Origin: Myxococcota bacterium
GTDB taxonomy: Bacteria; UBA10199; JADFYH01
Reading direction: 5' to 3'
DNA length: 64,000 bases
Assembly (NCBI GenBank): GCA_052034865.1
Contig: JBPOIC010000039.1
Location: 5,195-69,194 of the forward strand
The notes below the pieces were generated by a model that did no database searches, was not told where the DNA came from, and was given only the letters and a program-made list of their open reading frames with translations. Of the stretch, positions 47,201 to 55,134 are shown piece after piece (positions within the stretch are counted from its first letter, which is position 1; every line of letters starts with the position of its first letter). Position numbers and translations under genes: made by a program.

Positions 47201-49942
47201 GTAAGAAAGCCTATTGGCAGCGATGCTGTGGGCATTGCCAACTCCCGCATAGGCATCGATTTTTGAAGGATCTTCCCATTGCAGGTGGGCATAGTCGCTG
47301 CTGCTAATTCCCACAAAAACACCCGTCTTGCTTTTTTGAAGGGTGGAAGGATTAAGAGCCGCGGATTCAAAGGCCTCCCAACTCACTTCCAAAAGCAGGC
47401 GCTGTTGAGGATCCATGCGTGTGGCCTCACGCGGTGAGATTTTAAAAAAGCTGGCATCAAAAAAATCAGGACGGGTAATAAATCCGCCCCAGCGGGTGTT
47501 CATCTTTCCGGCCTCGCCAGGTCTTGGATCGTAATAATCCTCTTCTTTCCAGCGATCGGCAGGAACGGGAGTGATCGCATCTTTTCCAGATTCCAGTAAT
47601 TTCCAGAAGGCCTCCAGATTTTCGGCACCCGGAAAACGACAGGCCATGCCTATCACGGCGATGGGTTCATCCAAATCCCTCTGTTGATTCTCCTTCTTAT
47701 CAATCCGAGGGGTTTCCTCAGAATTCAAAGAGGCATGAGAGCCCATTATAGCCAAATCCGAAAATTCAGGATTTCCCAAATATTCAGCGAGGGCTTTCAT
47801 ATTCGGATATTCCCAAAGCAGGGTAGGGGAGAGTTTGCGTCCGAGCCAGATTTCGAGATCGCCTGAAAGGCCAACGAGTTCTTTTGAATCGAGGCCGTAA
47901 TGCGCAAAACTTTCCTGAGGATCAAGATCATTTGCGCTGACTCCTGCACGAGAAGAAACGGCATTGATAAGCCAGTTCAGGATTTGCTGAGGAAGAGGTT
48001 TTGAAAAATAAGTTTGTCCAGAATTTGCGGTATGGTCAGAATCCGTTTTTTTTACTTCCAGGATAGCATCCTGATTTTTGAATGGGAAAATTTTTGAAGG
48101 GAGATCTTTTTTCCATTGGGCCACAATCTCCATTTTTTTATTTAAGAAATCCTCGCGACAAAAACGGCGGGAAACTTTTCCGCTGGAGGTTTTGGGAAGA
48201 GTTCCCGGACGAATCAGGACAATCGCATGAATGTCGACCTCATGGATTTTTGCAACCTGCTCGCGAATGGCGGAAAAAATACGTTCATAGGATAGTGCTG
48301 AAGAAAGCTCCAGTTTTGAAAGCTCTTGAACAAGGATCAAAAACTCCTCTCCATCTTCATCCACCGAAAACGCAGCACCCGCTCCGGGTCTTAGGGCAGG
48401 ATGGGCCTTCTCAAGGGTTTCCTCCAGATCATGAGGGTAGTGGTTTTGACCATTGAGGATGATGAGATCTTTCAGGCGATCGGTAATAAAAAGTTCACCC
48501 TGGTCGAGAAATCCCAAATCGCCGGTTCGAAGATAGGTGCGATCATTTTTATAATTTGAGGACGGATTGATCACAGCACGAAAGACTTCGCGGGTGAGCT
48601 GCTTTTTTCCCCAATATCCTTGCGCGATACTGGGTCCACTTACCCAGATTTCACCGATCTCTCCGGGTTCACAAGGCAGGCAGGTTTCGGGATGAACGAT
48701 TAATACTTCCTGATCCTGAAATGAATTTCCACACCCGACGAGAATTTTTTCTCCTGAAGGGAGATCACTCAAATCAGAAGAATGAGAAACATCCGTCCTC
48801 TGTACCTCTATAGATCGCCCTTTCTCTGATTCTTTTCTTTCCTTGTTGGCAGGGCTGACACGTCCTTCTTTCAAGAGATCTCGCAGCACTCGTTTGAAAA
48901 CAGGTGGTTGCGTAGCATTTCCACCCGAGACCATCAGGGTTGCTTCTGCCAGTCCATAACAGGGATAGAAGGCCTCAGGTTTAAATCCACAAGGAGCAAA
49001 AACTTTTTGAAATTGTCGCAAGGTTTCCGCGCGCACAGGCTCAGCTCCACAAAAGGCCAGATTCCATGAAGAAAGATTTAGCTGACCAATCTGCTCTGGT
49101 GTAATTTTTCTTAAACATAATTCATAAGCGAAATTGGGCCCACCACTCGTGGTCGCCCTGAAATCACTGATGGCCTTGAGCCATAAAAATGGCTTTTGCA
49201 AAAAGGTGAGGGGCGACATCAAAACACTAAAGCCCCCGCCAAAAAGCGGCTCTAAAATCCCTCCGATCAGTCCCATGTCATGATAGGGTGGCAGCCATGA
49301 AACCCCGCGACTTTTTGGATGAAGATCAAATGCGCGATAAATCAGTCCTAAATTGTGCAAAAGATTTGCGTGTGAAAGCATGACCCCTTTGGGCTGACCC
49401 GTGGAGCCGGAAGTGTATTGAAGAAAAGCGAGATGAGCGGATGAAATTGGCGGGCATTGCCATTCCTTCTTTTCATCTTTTAAATGATCCGTTGTTTCCC
49501 AATTCAGATTTTTTAATGAAGGAGTTCCGGAAAAAATAAGCCGAGCCGTTTGATGAATCGATTCGGTCGTGAGAACCCATTTTGCCCCACTATCCTGAAG
49601 AATCGATTGCAGGCGCGGTAAAGTGCGTGAAAGTCGGTAAGGATCGGGAGGATAGGCCGGTACTGCAATCACACCGGCATAAAGACATCCAAAAAAAGCG
49701 GCGATGTAATCAAGCCCGGGAGGATAGAGCAGCAAGGCCCTTTCTCCCGGAGATACTTTTATTTTCAAATCGCTCGCAATCTGTCTGGCCCGATGGTCGA
49801 GCTCGCGATAGGTGAGGCTTGGGGAGGGCAGATCGTCGGATTCCAGAAAGGTGTAAAGCGTATGATCCGGCATTTCATCGGCATGATATTTCAAGAGATC
49901 AACGAGCGAAGAAATAGATGGAGACACGGAAGGACGAGTCAT
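41291..49942 (-). CDS. FAAL-ACP-KS-AT-DH-(pseudoKR)-ER-KR-ACP megasynthase (fatty acyl-AMP ligase fused to a fully reducing type I PKS module; no TE/R/ST release domain)
   Basis: 2883 aa. FAAL/AMP-binding TSGSTGQPKG (aa 177-186). ACP1 GLDS Ser686 (nt 47885-47887). KS DTACSSS Cys929 (47156-47158) plus EAHGTGT, NFGHLEAAAG. AT GQGSQ and GHSVGE Ser1398 (45749-45751) and HAFH 1498-1501 (malonyl-type). DH LDHRVQKEILFP His1691. ER GAGGVGLAAVQLA. KR TGGLGGLG. ACP2 LGLDS Ser2839 (41426-41428). Protein ends 44 aa after ACP2. Confidence 0.9.
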   Translation of the reverse strand: MTRPSVSPSISSLVDLLKYHADEMPDHTLYTFLESDDLPSPSLTYRELDHRARQIASDLKIKVSPGERALLLYPPGLDYIAAFFGCLYAGVIAVPAYPPDPYRLSRTLPRLQSILQDSGAKWVLTTESIHQTARLIFSGTPSLKNLNWETTDHLKDEKKEWQCPPISSAHLAFLQYTSGSTGQPKGVMLSHANLLHNLGLIYRAFDLHPKSRGVSWLPPYHDMGLIGGILEPLFGGGFSVLMSPLTFLQKPFLWLKAISDFRATTSGGPNFAYELCLRKITPEQIGQLNLSSWNLAFCGAEPVRAETLRQFQKVFAPCGFKPEAFYPCYGLAEATLMVSGGNATQPPVFKRVLRDLLKEGRVSPANKERKESEKGRSIEVQRTDVSHSSDLSDLPSGEKILVGCGNSFQDQEVLIVHPETCLPCEPGEIGEIWVSGPSIAQGYWGKKQLTREVFRAVINPSSNYKNDRTYLRTGDLGFLDQGELFITDRLKDLIILNGQNHYPHDLEETLEKAHPALRPGAGAAFSVDEDGEEFLILVQELSKLELSSALSYERIFSAIREQVAKIHEVDIHAIVLIRPGTLPKTSSGKVSRRFCREDFLNKKMEIVAQWKKDLPSKIFPFKNQDAILEVKKTDSDHTANSGQTYFSKPLPQQILNWLINAVSSRAGVSANDLDPQESFAHYGLDSKELVGLSGDLEIWLGRKLSPTLLWEYPNMKALAEYLGNPEFSDLAIMGSHASLNSEETPRIDKKENQQRDLDEPIAVIGMACRFPGAENLEAFWKLLESGKDAITPVPADRWKEEDYYDPRPGEAGKMNTRWGGFITRPDFFDASFFKISPREATRMDPQQRLLLEVSWEAFESAALNPSTLQKSKTGVFVGISSSDYAHLQWEDPSKIDAYAGVGNAHSIAANRLSYFFDFQGPSLAVDTACSSSLVAVHMACESLRRMESNLALAGGVNLILRPELNIAFSQARMMSPEGRCKTFDEKADGYVRGEGCGVVILKRLAEAVRDKDEILGIIRGSAVNQDGRSNGLTAPNGQAQQDVILQALQRAKISSEKIDYVEAHGTGTPLGDPIEMAALGKVLQKNRPSDSPCKVGSVKTNFGHLEAAAGIAGLIKVLLSLKHRQIPSHLHFKKINPHIDLTALKLSIPTQMMSWNFQNRQRFAGISSFGFGGTNAHVVVGGPEEIWINKENEARQKDSLPTELKDADLYPFKLSAKSVEGLKTLAERWISYLQNNSYLSLKEVCFTACAGRADFEHRSLFLPCSLDELKKNLSDFVLSFLENKEGFSKESSIHFSVSQKKKPRIAFLFTGQGSQYVGMGCSLYESEPCFRKVLDRCDGILKPVLETSLLSILFDSKMNPALIHETLYTQPALFALEYALYELWKSWGIEPDFVLGHSVGEYVAACVAKVMEWEEGLTLIAHRAKLMHGLPKNGTMLAVIATEEQIESSLKPYAHEVSIAAFNGPRALVLSGKREAIEALQDEFTTLEIATQTLNVSHAFHSPLMDPILDAFEEKAKEISFYKPQIPLISNRTGNLLETAPTATYWRKHLREPVRYFTGIETLIREGADALIEIGPQPILTLLAKRGLAKTGTTRLWLSSLKNEGEDRDQMLKSLSALYQHGLWVNWKAVFGQTIPPLPLAPTYPFARESYWFGEWGKAPSSALLPIQRKKSESVFEHRIDLKTFPYLLDHRVQKEILFPATASLAYLYEAGKKQNAQDSIVLKKISFQKPLFLDEGKQKTLILRSTSSLSYKSEFEIYSQEDSDQTLQACAEIAYERNKPESKDETLSLHFIRERVCESVGVQDFYQKLKWAGLEYGPSFQGIQKLFKNNREALGFIESPKNLKAESPEQSAPFHPALLDACLQVVAAALPESSSIENLYLPVRIDEIFLKKDLGSTVWSYAKIKSDTFLDEKIVADIFLFDVEGKTLGIISGLHLTGLGKISKASQSSNENLIFEQEWEIDETPLPMEVKVIESWLVLTANEASPLAKELREKGQSVLTKSWKSFQDEIQNESSESDAKNLFHVGQSECQHLLIEMDSLCDPLSFEGISEAEKICGDFLAFLKTLLQADLPSYPKLTVVTQGAQAHPFDPENPGVSATALWGMLRSVQLEHPELSLCLIDLPSHPTSSEITLLTQTLMRPTHEDEFLIRENRRWVCRLKIASETPAKTPQQNKSIQDFDAYRLEIVQSGSLDGMGFRPVVRRAPGDHEVEIVVRAAGLNFSDVLKALGLYPGARETTVPLGAECSGKIVRLGERVKGFKVGDEVIAIAPYSFGNFVTTAAPLVVLKPAHLNFEEAASVPVAFLTATHALHDLGRMRKKEKILIHAGAGGVGLAAVQLAQQTGLEIFATAGSDEKRAYLKSLGVEHVFDSRTTKFAEEILTLTQDRGVDLVLNSLPGEFISKSLQTLAPFGRFLEIGKSDIYQNHALGLLPFQKSLSYFAIDLDRIFRERQDLTHRLFTELISQFEHQHLKPIPHTTFPISDAPYAFRFMAQRKNTGKIVLTFNERPKTFAAKPHEFSFSRDASYLITGGLGGLGFELARWMISKGARHLFLVSRKSPTEHQLQEMVRWKNEGAHVLVHSADLSKRSEVDSLLDVLQKNLPPLRGIFHLAGVLKDGVLLHQTKENFQSVFTSKAMGAFYLHEATRSIPLDYFILFSSLSGTMGSYAQSNYSAANAFLNGLAHARNREGLVSQSIVWGPWAKVGMATHEKTVERMQAWGIHPLSLDQGFGVLEKLLLDPPGFSTRNPIVVSWDQKKLQENLPESRRLWLKKLESPETTQNRVPSSLAPQDLYEIYLKKPPEKRREWLLSVISEKLARVLGSTSESLKPGQSLNHLGLDSLMAIELKNEIEQGLQTKLPIALLLKGPTISELADQLVQQMEEKK

Positions 49943-49994
49943 AGAGGATCTCCAATAAGATGGGGAAAAACAAAATGAGAGAGGAGGTCTTACT

Positions 49995-51254
49995 TCAGGA
50001 GGCGGGTTTGGGCTCTTTTTCTCTCATTTTGCGAACGTATTCGAGAAAGAAAGCAAAAAAGATACTCATGAATAGTCCACCTACGAATGAAACCGCAACT
50101 ATCAGGAGCACCTGGGGTTTGGAAGGATGGGCGGGAGGAATCGCAGAATCAATAATCTGAAACGAAAGATCTTCTTTGGCCTCTTCGATCTTGGCCATTT
50201 GATATTGCTGGGTCAGTAGGCCGTTTACCTTGCCAAGCAGTTCACGTTGAAGAGTAAGATATTGGAGGTAAACCTGAGAAGGGACGGCGTGTACCACCCC
50301 TTCTTTTTTTGCTTCAGAAATTTTAGATTTTAAAGATTCACTTTGTTGTTGAACCTGTTGGGTTGCTGATCTCAATTCCTCGAATGTGGGTGGGGCTTCT
50401 TCCAGTTTTCCGACATGAACATCGATTTGGGGAAGGGTGCTGGAGATTTGATTGGAACTGTAGAATTGGTTGAGCTGTTTTCCGGCCTCCAGAAGATCCA
50501 TTTTATTTTTCTGCAACTGGTCTTCTATAAATATGCGGTTTCTTTTGGCGACTGTGAGCTGGTTGTTATTGATGAAATCCTGAAGGTAAACCAGAAAACG
50601 ATTGGTGATGGTCGCTGCAAGTTCTGGGTTTTTAAGCTCAACCTGAATTTTGATAAGATTGGTTTTTTTATCTTCTTCGACGCTTAAGACCTTTTTCTGA
50701 ATGGCCCGAACAGAGTCTTCAAGAATTTCCCGTTCAATCTTTGCCGGATCGTTTTCCTTGGAACCCAAAAAACTCATATCCGGAAGCCATTTTTTTTCTT
50801 TATCATCCCATCTTTTCTCAAAAAAATACGGCATCAGGTTAAAGTCTCTCACAATATTTTCAATCAAGGTCCTACTTTTTAAAATACCAATGATTTGACC
50901 GCTTTTTTGAGAGCCCAGTCCGAGCTGGCCTCCGACAAGGGGAATCGAGGCCGCTTGAGCTGCCAACGCAGCCAAAGCCCCACCCCCTCCACCCGATTGA
51001 GAAAGGGGCGTGATGGTTGCTTCTGCCTTATATTTTTTCTTTATCGTCAAGGCGGTTCCTGCTCCCAGCCCGGTACAAATAAAGGTCAGAAGAATAATTT
51101 TTCCCAGATGCTTTTTAAGGACACGAAAATAATCTAACAAATTGATTTCTTCTTCAGCAGGGTAAGGGGGATACCATCCATAAGGAGGGGAATAGCCCTG
51201 AGGATGAGGATGGAGAGATTGATCCGCCGATGGTTCGGAAGGGGATTGAGACAT
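49995..51254 (-). CDS. Polysaccharide co-polymerase (Wzz/GumC-like chain-length determinant; no kinase domain)
   Basis: N-terminal LLDYFRVLKKHLGKIILLTFICTGLGAG TM helix (Wzz motif), long coiled-coil periplasmic region, C-terminal TM LLIVAVSFVGGLFMSIFFAFFLEYV. Confidence 0.6.
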   Translation of the reverse strand: MSQSPSEPSADQSLHPHPQGYSPPYGWYPPYPAEEEINLLDYFRVLKKHLGKIILLTFICTGLGAGTALTIKKKYKAEATITPLSQSGGGGGALAALAAQAASIPLVGGQLGLGSQKSGQIIGILKSRTLIENIVRDFNLMPYFFEKRWDDKEKKWLPDMSFLGSKENDPAKIEREILEDSVRAIQKKVLSVEEDKKTNLIKIQVELKNPELAATITNRFLVYLQDFINNNQLTVAKRNRIFIEDQLQKNKMDLLEAGKQLNQFYSSNQISSTLPQIDVHVGKLEEAPPTFEELRSATQQVQQQSESLKSKISEAKKEGVVHAVPSQVYLQYLTLQRELLGKVNGLLTQQYQMAKIEEAKEDLSFQIIDSAIPPAHPSKPQVLLIVAVSFVGGLFMSIFFAFFLEYVRKMREKEPKPAS

Positions 51255-51279
51255 AAGTAACTTAAATGTAGAAAATCAG

Positions 51280-52458
51280 TTAGTTATTATTCGTAAGAGT
51301 TACAATTGTAGTTGTGGTAGCCAGTCCAAAGGAAATCAAACTCGTCACAAGCGATACCCAGGAGTCACGACTAAAGATTCTTTCAGGAATATAAATGGTA
51401 TCTCCAGGATTGATGAGAATATCTGAATCGGGTTTTAATTTTTTTACCTCGCCCCCAATACCCATGACTTTCACGTAGCCCTTAGCCATACGGGTCGCTC
51501 CTCCTGCCACCGCCAGATAATGCGAGAGATGATAGTTGTGATTGAAGTTATAGGCGCCTGGGGCAGCCACAGCACCAATCACAAAGACCCGGTCTTCAAA
51601 CGAAGGATAAAAAATATTGTCGTTGGGGAGCTGATTGAGATTGTAATCAAATTTGTTCTGGGTGGTGAACATGTGCGGGACGATGATCACATCCCCATTC
51701 AGAATGAGGGTTTGACTTAAGGTCTCGGGATTGTTGGTAATCTCAACGATGTCTTTTTTCTCATTCTCATCGAATCGAATGATACGTATCGGATCTTTAT
51801 GCGACACCCCCTGGGTCATGCCTCCGGCCAGTTTGAATATATCCAATATGCTCCGTTCGTTATTCAGCTCGTAAATTCCTGGGCGATTGACTGAACCTTC
51901 CACCTGAACAACTCTTTTTCGTAAAGGGATAAAGATGACGTCATTGTCCATCAGGTAGGGGTTATCCTCTAAATGTCCAAATACCTTATAAGAAATCAAA
52001 TCGACTTTTTTGGTTGTGGAAGCCCGCCTCAACTCCACATTCCGATCGGATCCATTTTTTTTGATGCCACCCGCAATCTGCAAGGCCTCGGATAAGCGTG
52101 TGGAGGCTCCAATGCGATAAGTGCCGGGTCGAATCACTTCTCCCAAAATATGAATTTGATACATGAGTCCGGAAGCCCCGAGAGATTCCCGAATGCTACT
52201 TCCTTCCATTCCTTCGAGCTGACGGCGAGTCATTGCACTTCCCACGCCGGCCGCCTTATCGCTAAGACCGCCACTTCCTAAAGAAGGGATGCCTTCCTCT
52301 TCGGTACGTGATCGCAGGCTCCCATCGCGCGTGCCCTCGCCCCCGACAAAAATTCCCTGTTGGGCGAAAAGGTTTAGCGGAAGGAAGGTTTGGAGAAGAA
52401 AGGAAATGAGAAGAAAGAAAGTAAAAAAACGAAATTTTGATAAGTTGGAAAGTTTCAT
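51280..52458 (-). CDS. Polysaccharide export protein (Wza/GumB-like, SLBB domains)
   Basis: Signal peptide; PGDVIIVP/GDTIYIP beta-grasp SLBB repeats; C-terminal hydrophobic helix. Confidence 0.65.
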   Translation of the reverse strand: MKLSNLSKFRFFTFFLLISFLLQTFLPLNLFAQQGIFVGGEGTRDGSLRSRTEEEGIPSLGSGGLSDKAAGVGSAMTRRQLEGMEGSSIRESLGASGLMYQIHILGEVIRPGTYRIGASTRLSEALQIAGGIKKNGSDRNVELRRASTTKKVDLISYKVFGHLEDNPYLMDNDVIFIPLRKRVVQVEGSVNRPGIYELNNERSILDIFKLAGGMTQGVSHKDPIRIIRFDENEKKDIVEITNNPETLSQTLILNGDVIIVPHMFTTQNKFDYNLNQLPNDNIFYPSFEDRVFVIGAVAAPGAYNFNHNYHLSHYLAVAGGATRMAKGYVKVMGIGGEVKKLKPDSDILINPGDTIYIPERIFSRDSWVSLVTSLISFGLATTTTIVTLTNNN

Positions 52459-52724
52459 GGAAGCGCGGCTTGTAACCGATCGATTTGTTAGGTGTCAATT
52501 GGTGTCCGAGATTCGGAAAGTCTCTGTGAAGCTGAGTTCGAAAGCCGGACACTTCTCGCTTGCTTACTTAAATACTTCTCGTTTCTTAACCAATTGATCT
52601 CTCTCTTTTTTTTGCTCTCATTGCTACATTTTTTCCGCTGCTGGCACATCCCCTGCATTTCCCATCTTTCGAGTCTTTGAAGTACGAACCTCTTCATTAT
52701 TTCTTTTAAAAACTAGGATTTTTT

Positions 52725-53324
52725 ATGAGACGTTTTCTTCTTTTTATTGTTTGTGGATTATTTCTTTCAAGCTTTTCAGGCTTTGCCAACGAGCCTACCC
52801 TCCACCAGCTCGAAAAGGCTGCTCTTCGTTACGGCAATGTCGATCCTGAAGAAATTGCTCACTGGAAAACCCGAGCCAAATGGTCTCCCTTATTTCCAAA
52901 AGTCTATGTGAGCTACGATCAGAAAGCGGCCAACCAGATCAATAATTCCATTCAGGATTCGGTTTCGGTCACGAGCACTGGCGTTACTCTCGGGCCTCCC
53001 GAATCCTCACTCAATCAAGACAACAATCTAAATCGTGGCTTTGAAGTCCGGGCGACCTGGGATCTCGACACCTTGATCTTTAATAAAGAGCTCCTCTCAC
53101 TTTCATCGGAAGCCAGGTATCGCAATTCGATGCGTGCACAAATTTTATCCGAATTACAGCAAACCTATTTCGAAAGAAAAAAACTTCTGCAACGCGAAGA
53201 GGGAAATTCCCGCGACACCTTATCTTCTTCCACCCAAATTCAGCTCGAAGAGCTTGAGGCAAAACTGGACTCTCTTACGGGAGGTTTTTTTACGAAAACT
53301 TCAGGAGATTCTTATGAAAAATAA
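52725..53324 (+). CDS. Hypothetical secreted protein
   Basis: 199 aa with signal peptide MRRFLLFIVCGLFLSSFSGFA, no recognised domain; overlaps start of next gene. Confidence 0.3.
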   Translation: MRRFLLFIVCGLFLSSFSGFANEPTLHQLEKAALRYGNVDPEEIAHWKTRAKWSPLFPKVYVSYDQKAANQINNSIQDSVSVTSTGVTLGPPESSLNQDNNLNRGFEVRATWDLDTLIFNKELLSLSSEARYRNSMRAQILSELQQTYFERKKLLQREEGNSRDTLSSSTQIQLEELEAKLDSLTGGFFTKTSGDSYEK

Positions 53325-55134
53325 ATTCAGCATTTTTCTTGATCCATTCGAGAATGGTCTTTTCATCAGGAAAATCTTTTTCCTGCTCATGTTTCTTGCC
53401 TGGATTCTTCCTTTTTCCTCCTGTTCCAATTTAGATTCGATCAGCTTTAAAAGCCTGCTCAACTCTCAAATTCACGTCACTCAAGTAACTCCCAGTACAC
53501 AGCGAGGACTTTCAGAGCTTTCCAAAATTGAAATTATTTTTTCAGATGCCATTCACGAATCCAGTTTGAGCCCGAATGCCATTTTTCTGGCTGAAGGAGA
53601 GATCGATTCTCAAAACTATGCCGAGCCTGAAAAAATTGAATCGGCCGTGATCAGTGGCGCGATTAAAAGAGTGGGGTCCTCCATAACCCTTCGGTCCGAG
53701 TCCAACATGGTGGATTTGAACCTTGATAACACAATATATGAAGGGATCTATACCCTCGTCGTAACGCCTCAACTCGAAGGTGAAAATCACATTCCTTTTA
53801 ATCAAAATCCTGGGATGTCTCCTTCGGCTTACTTCTGCTCGTTTTATGTTGGTTCTTCTACAAGCGCTGATCCATCCTCAAACTCATCGACTGAAACTTT
53901 AAATCCAGAATCATCGCCTTCTTCCCGACCAGAAGCTCTCGTGCTCAACGAAATTCTTTATGATGGAAAAGAAAGCGACACAGATGGATATGAATTCATC
54001 GAACTTTATGGGACCCCAAACGCAGAGCTGAGCGGCTATCAGGTGATTTTGGTGAATGGGTCCGATGGGGTGATTCAGAAAATCATTACGCTTCCTTCAA
54101 ATAGCAAAACAAACGATGAGGGCATTTTCCTGATTGCTGATCTCCAAACTGGTTCAACGACTAAAAGCCGTATTTCAGGCGCTCAATTACTGGAAAATTT
54201 CGATCCTCAAAATGGACCGGATGCCATTCAGCTTTTAGATGAAAAAGGAAATCTGATTGATGCCCTCACCTATGGAACAGGAGCTGTGGAGATGGCTAAA
54301 AATGGGCTTTCAATGGTGGAAGGAAATCCGTCCAAGGTTGTTAGTGCCGGTCACAGTCTTTCTCGCGTGGGTGGAAAAGATACAGATGAGAATTCGGTGG
54401 ATTTTACCGAACTTGAAATTCCCAGCCCAGGTGTGATCGAACTTCCAGAACAGGCAGTTCCGGAGTCGGCCCCGCAAGTAGGCGATTCCGGCTCAGATTC
54501 TCTGCAACCCATCTCTCAGCCCAAATCCAATCCATCCCCCTCTGATCCAAATCAGCAAACTCCTGAATCAAATCCGGGATCCACTCCTCCAGACCCTCAG
54601 GATCCGAACGAAAATCCTCCCTCTCATTTTCTGGTTCTTAATGAAGTTCTCTACGATGCGGTGGGCACTGATACGGATGGAAATGAATTTATCGAGATTT
54701 ACGGAACCCCAGACACGGATGTGGGTGGCTATCAAATCCTGATTCTCAATGGTGATGATGGAAAAATTTTGGACACGATATTTTTACCTGCCGGAGCGAA
54801 AGTCAGGGCGGACGGTTTATTTTTAATTGCGGACTCCAAGACAAGCCAGCCGACAGCTTCCAATATTTTAAATCCTGATTTCATCGACAACTTTGATCCT
54901 CAAAATGGGCCGGATGGGTTTCAGCTCTTAGATCCTCAGGGAAATCTTGTGGATGCTCTTTCTTACGGAACCGGCGCCTTCACCCAGGCTGAGAATGGTT
55001 TAATTTTTCTCGAAGGTTCGGCTGCGATCGACGTTTCAGCGGGCCATAGCCTTTCTCGAATGAATGGGGCCGATACCCAGCAAAACGCCCTAGATTTTCT
55101 TGATTTGACCAACCCAACGCCTGGGATATTATGA
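53314..55134 (+). CDS. Lipoprotein with N-terminal Ig-like region and two tandem lamin-tail domains (LTD)
   Basis: ATG 53314 after aggaga RBS; lipobox LPFSSC. LTD1 aa267-432 of ORF numbering (nt 53932-54429) LVLNEILYDGKESDTDGYEFIELYGTP. LTD2 (nt 54622-55125) LVLNEVLYDAVGTDTDGNEFIEIYGTP. Pro/Ser/Asp-rich linker between (54430-54621). Confidence 0.7.
   Translation: MKNKFSIFLDPFENGLFIRKIFFLLMFLAWILPFSSCSNLDSISFKSLLNSQIHVTQVTPSTQRGLSELSKIEIIFSDAIHESSLSPNAIFLAEGEIDSQNYAEPEKIESAVISGAIKRVGSSITLRSESNMVDLNLDNTIYEGIYTLVVTPQLEGENHIPFNQNPGMSPSAYFCSFYVGSSTSADPSSNSSTETLNPESSPSSRPEALVLNEILYDGKESDTDGYEFIELYGTPNAELSGYQVILVNGSDGVIQKIITLPSNSKTNDEGIFLIADLQTGSTTKSRISGAQLLENFDPQNGPDAIQLLDEKGNLIDALTYGTGAVEMAKNGLSMVEGNPSKVVSAGHSLSRVGGKDTDENSVDFTELEIPSPGVIELPEQAVPESAPQVGDSGSDSLQPISQPKSNPSPSDPNQQTPESNPGSTPPDPQDPNENPPSHFLVLNEVLYDAVGTDTDGNEFIEIYGTPDTDVGGYQILILNGDDGKILDTIFLPAGAKVRADGLFLIADSKTSQPTASNILNPDFIDNFDPQNGPDGFQLLDPQGNLVDALSYGTGAFTQAENGLIFLEGSAAIDVSAGHSLSRMNGADTQQNALDFLDLTNPTPGIL

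Noticed and set aside
39304-49942. Hypothesis that the mutase supplies methylmalonyl-CoA extender units to the adjacent PKS
   Set aside because: AT domain has the HAFH (malonyl-specific) motif rather than YASH, and the mutase has Ecm/ICM-like TYSGH rather than MCM-like residues.
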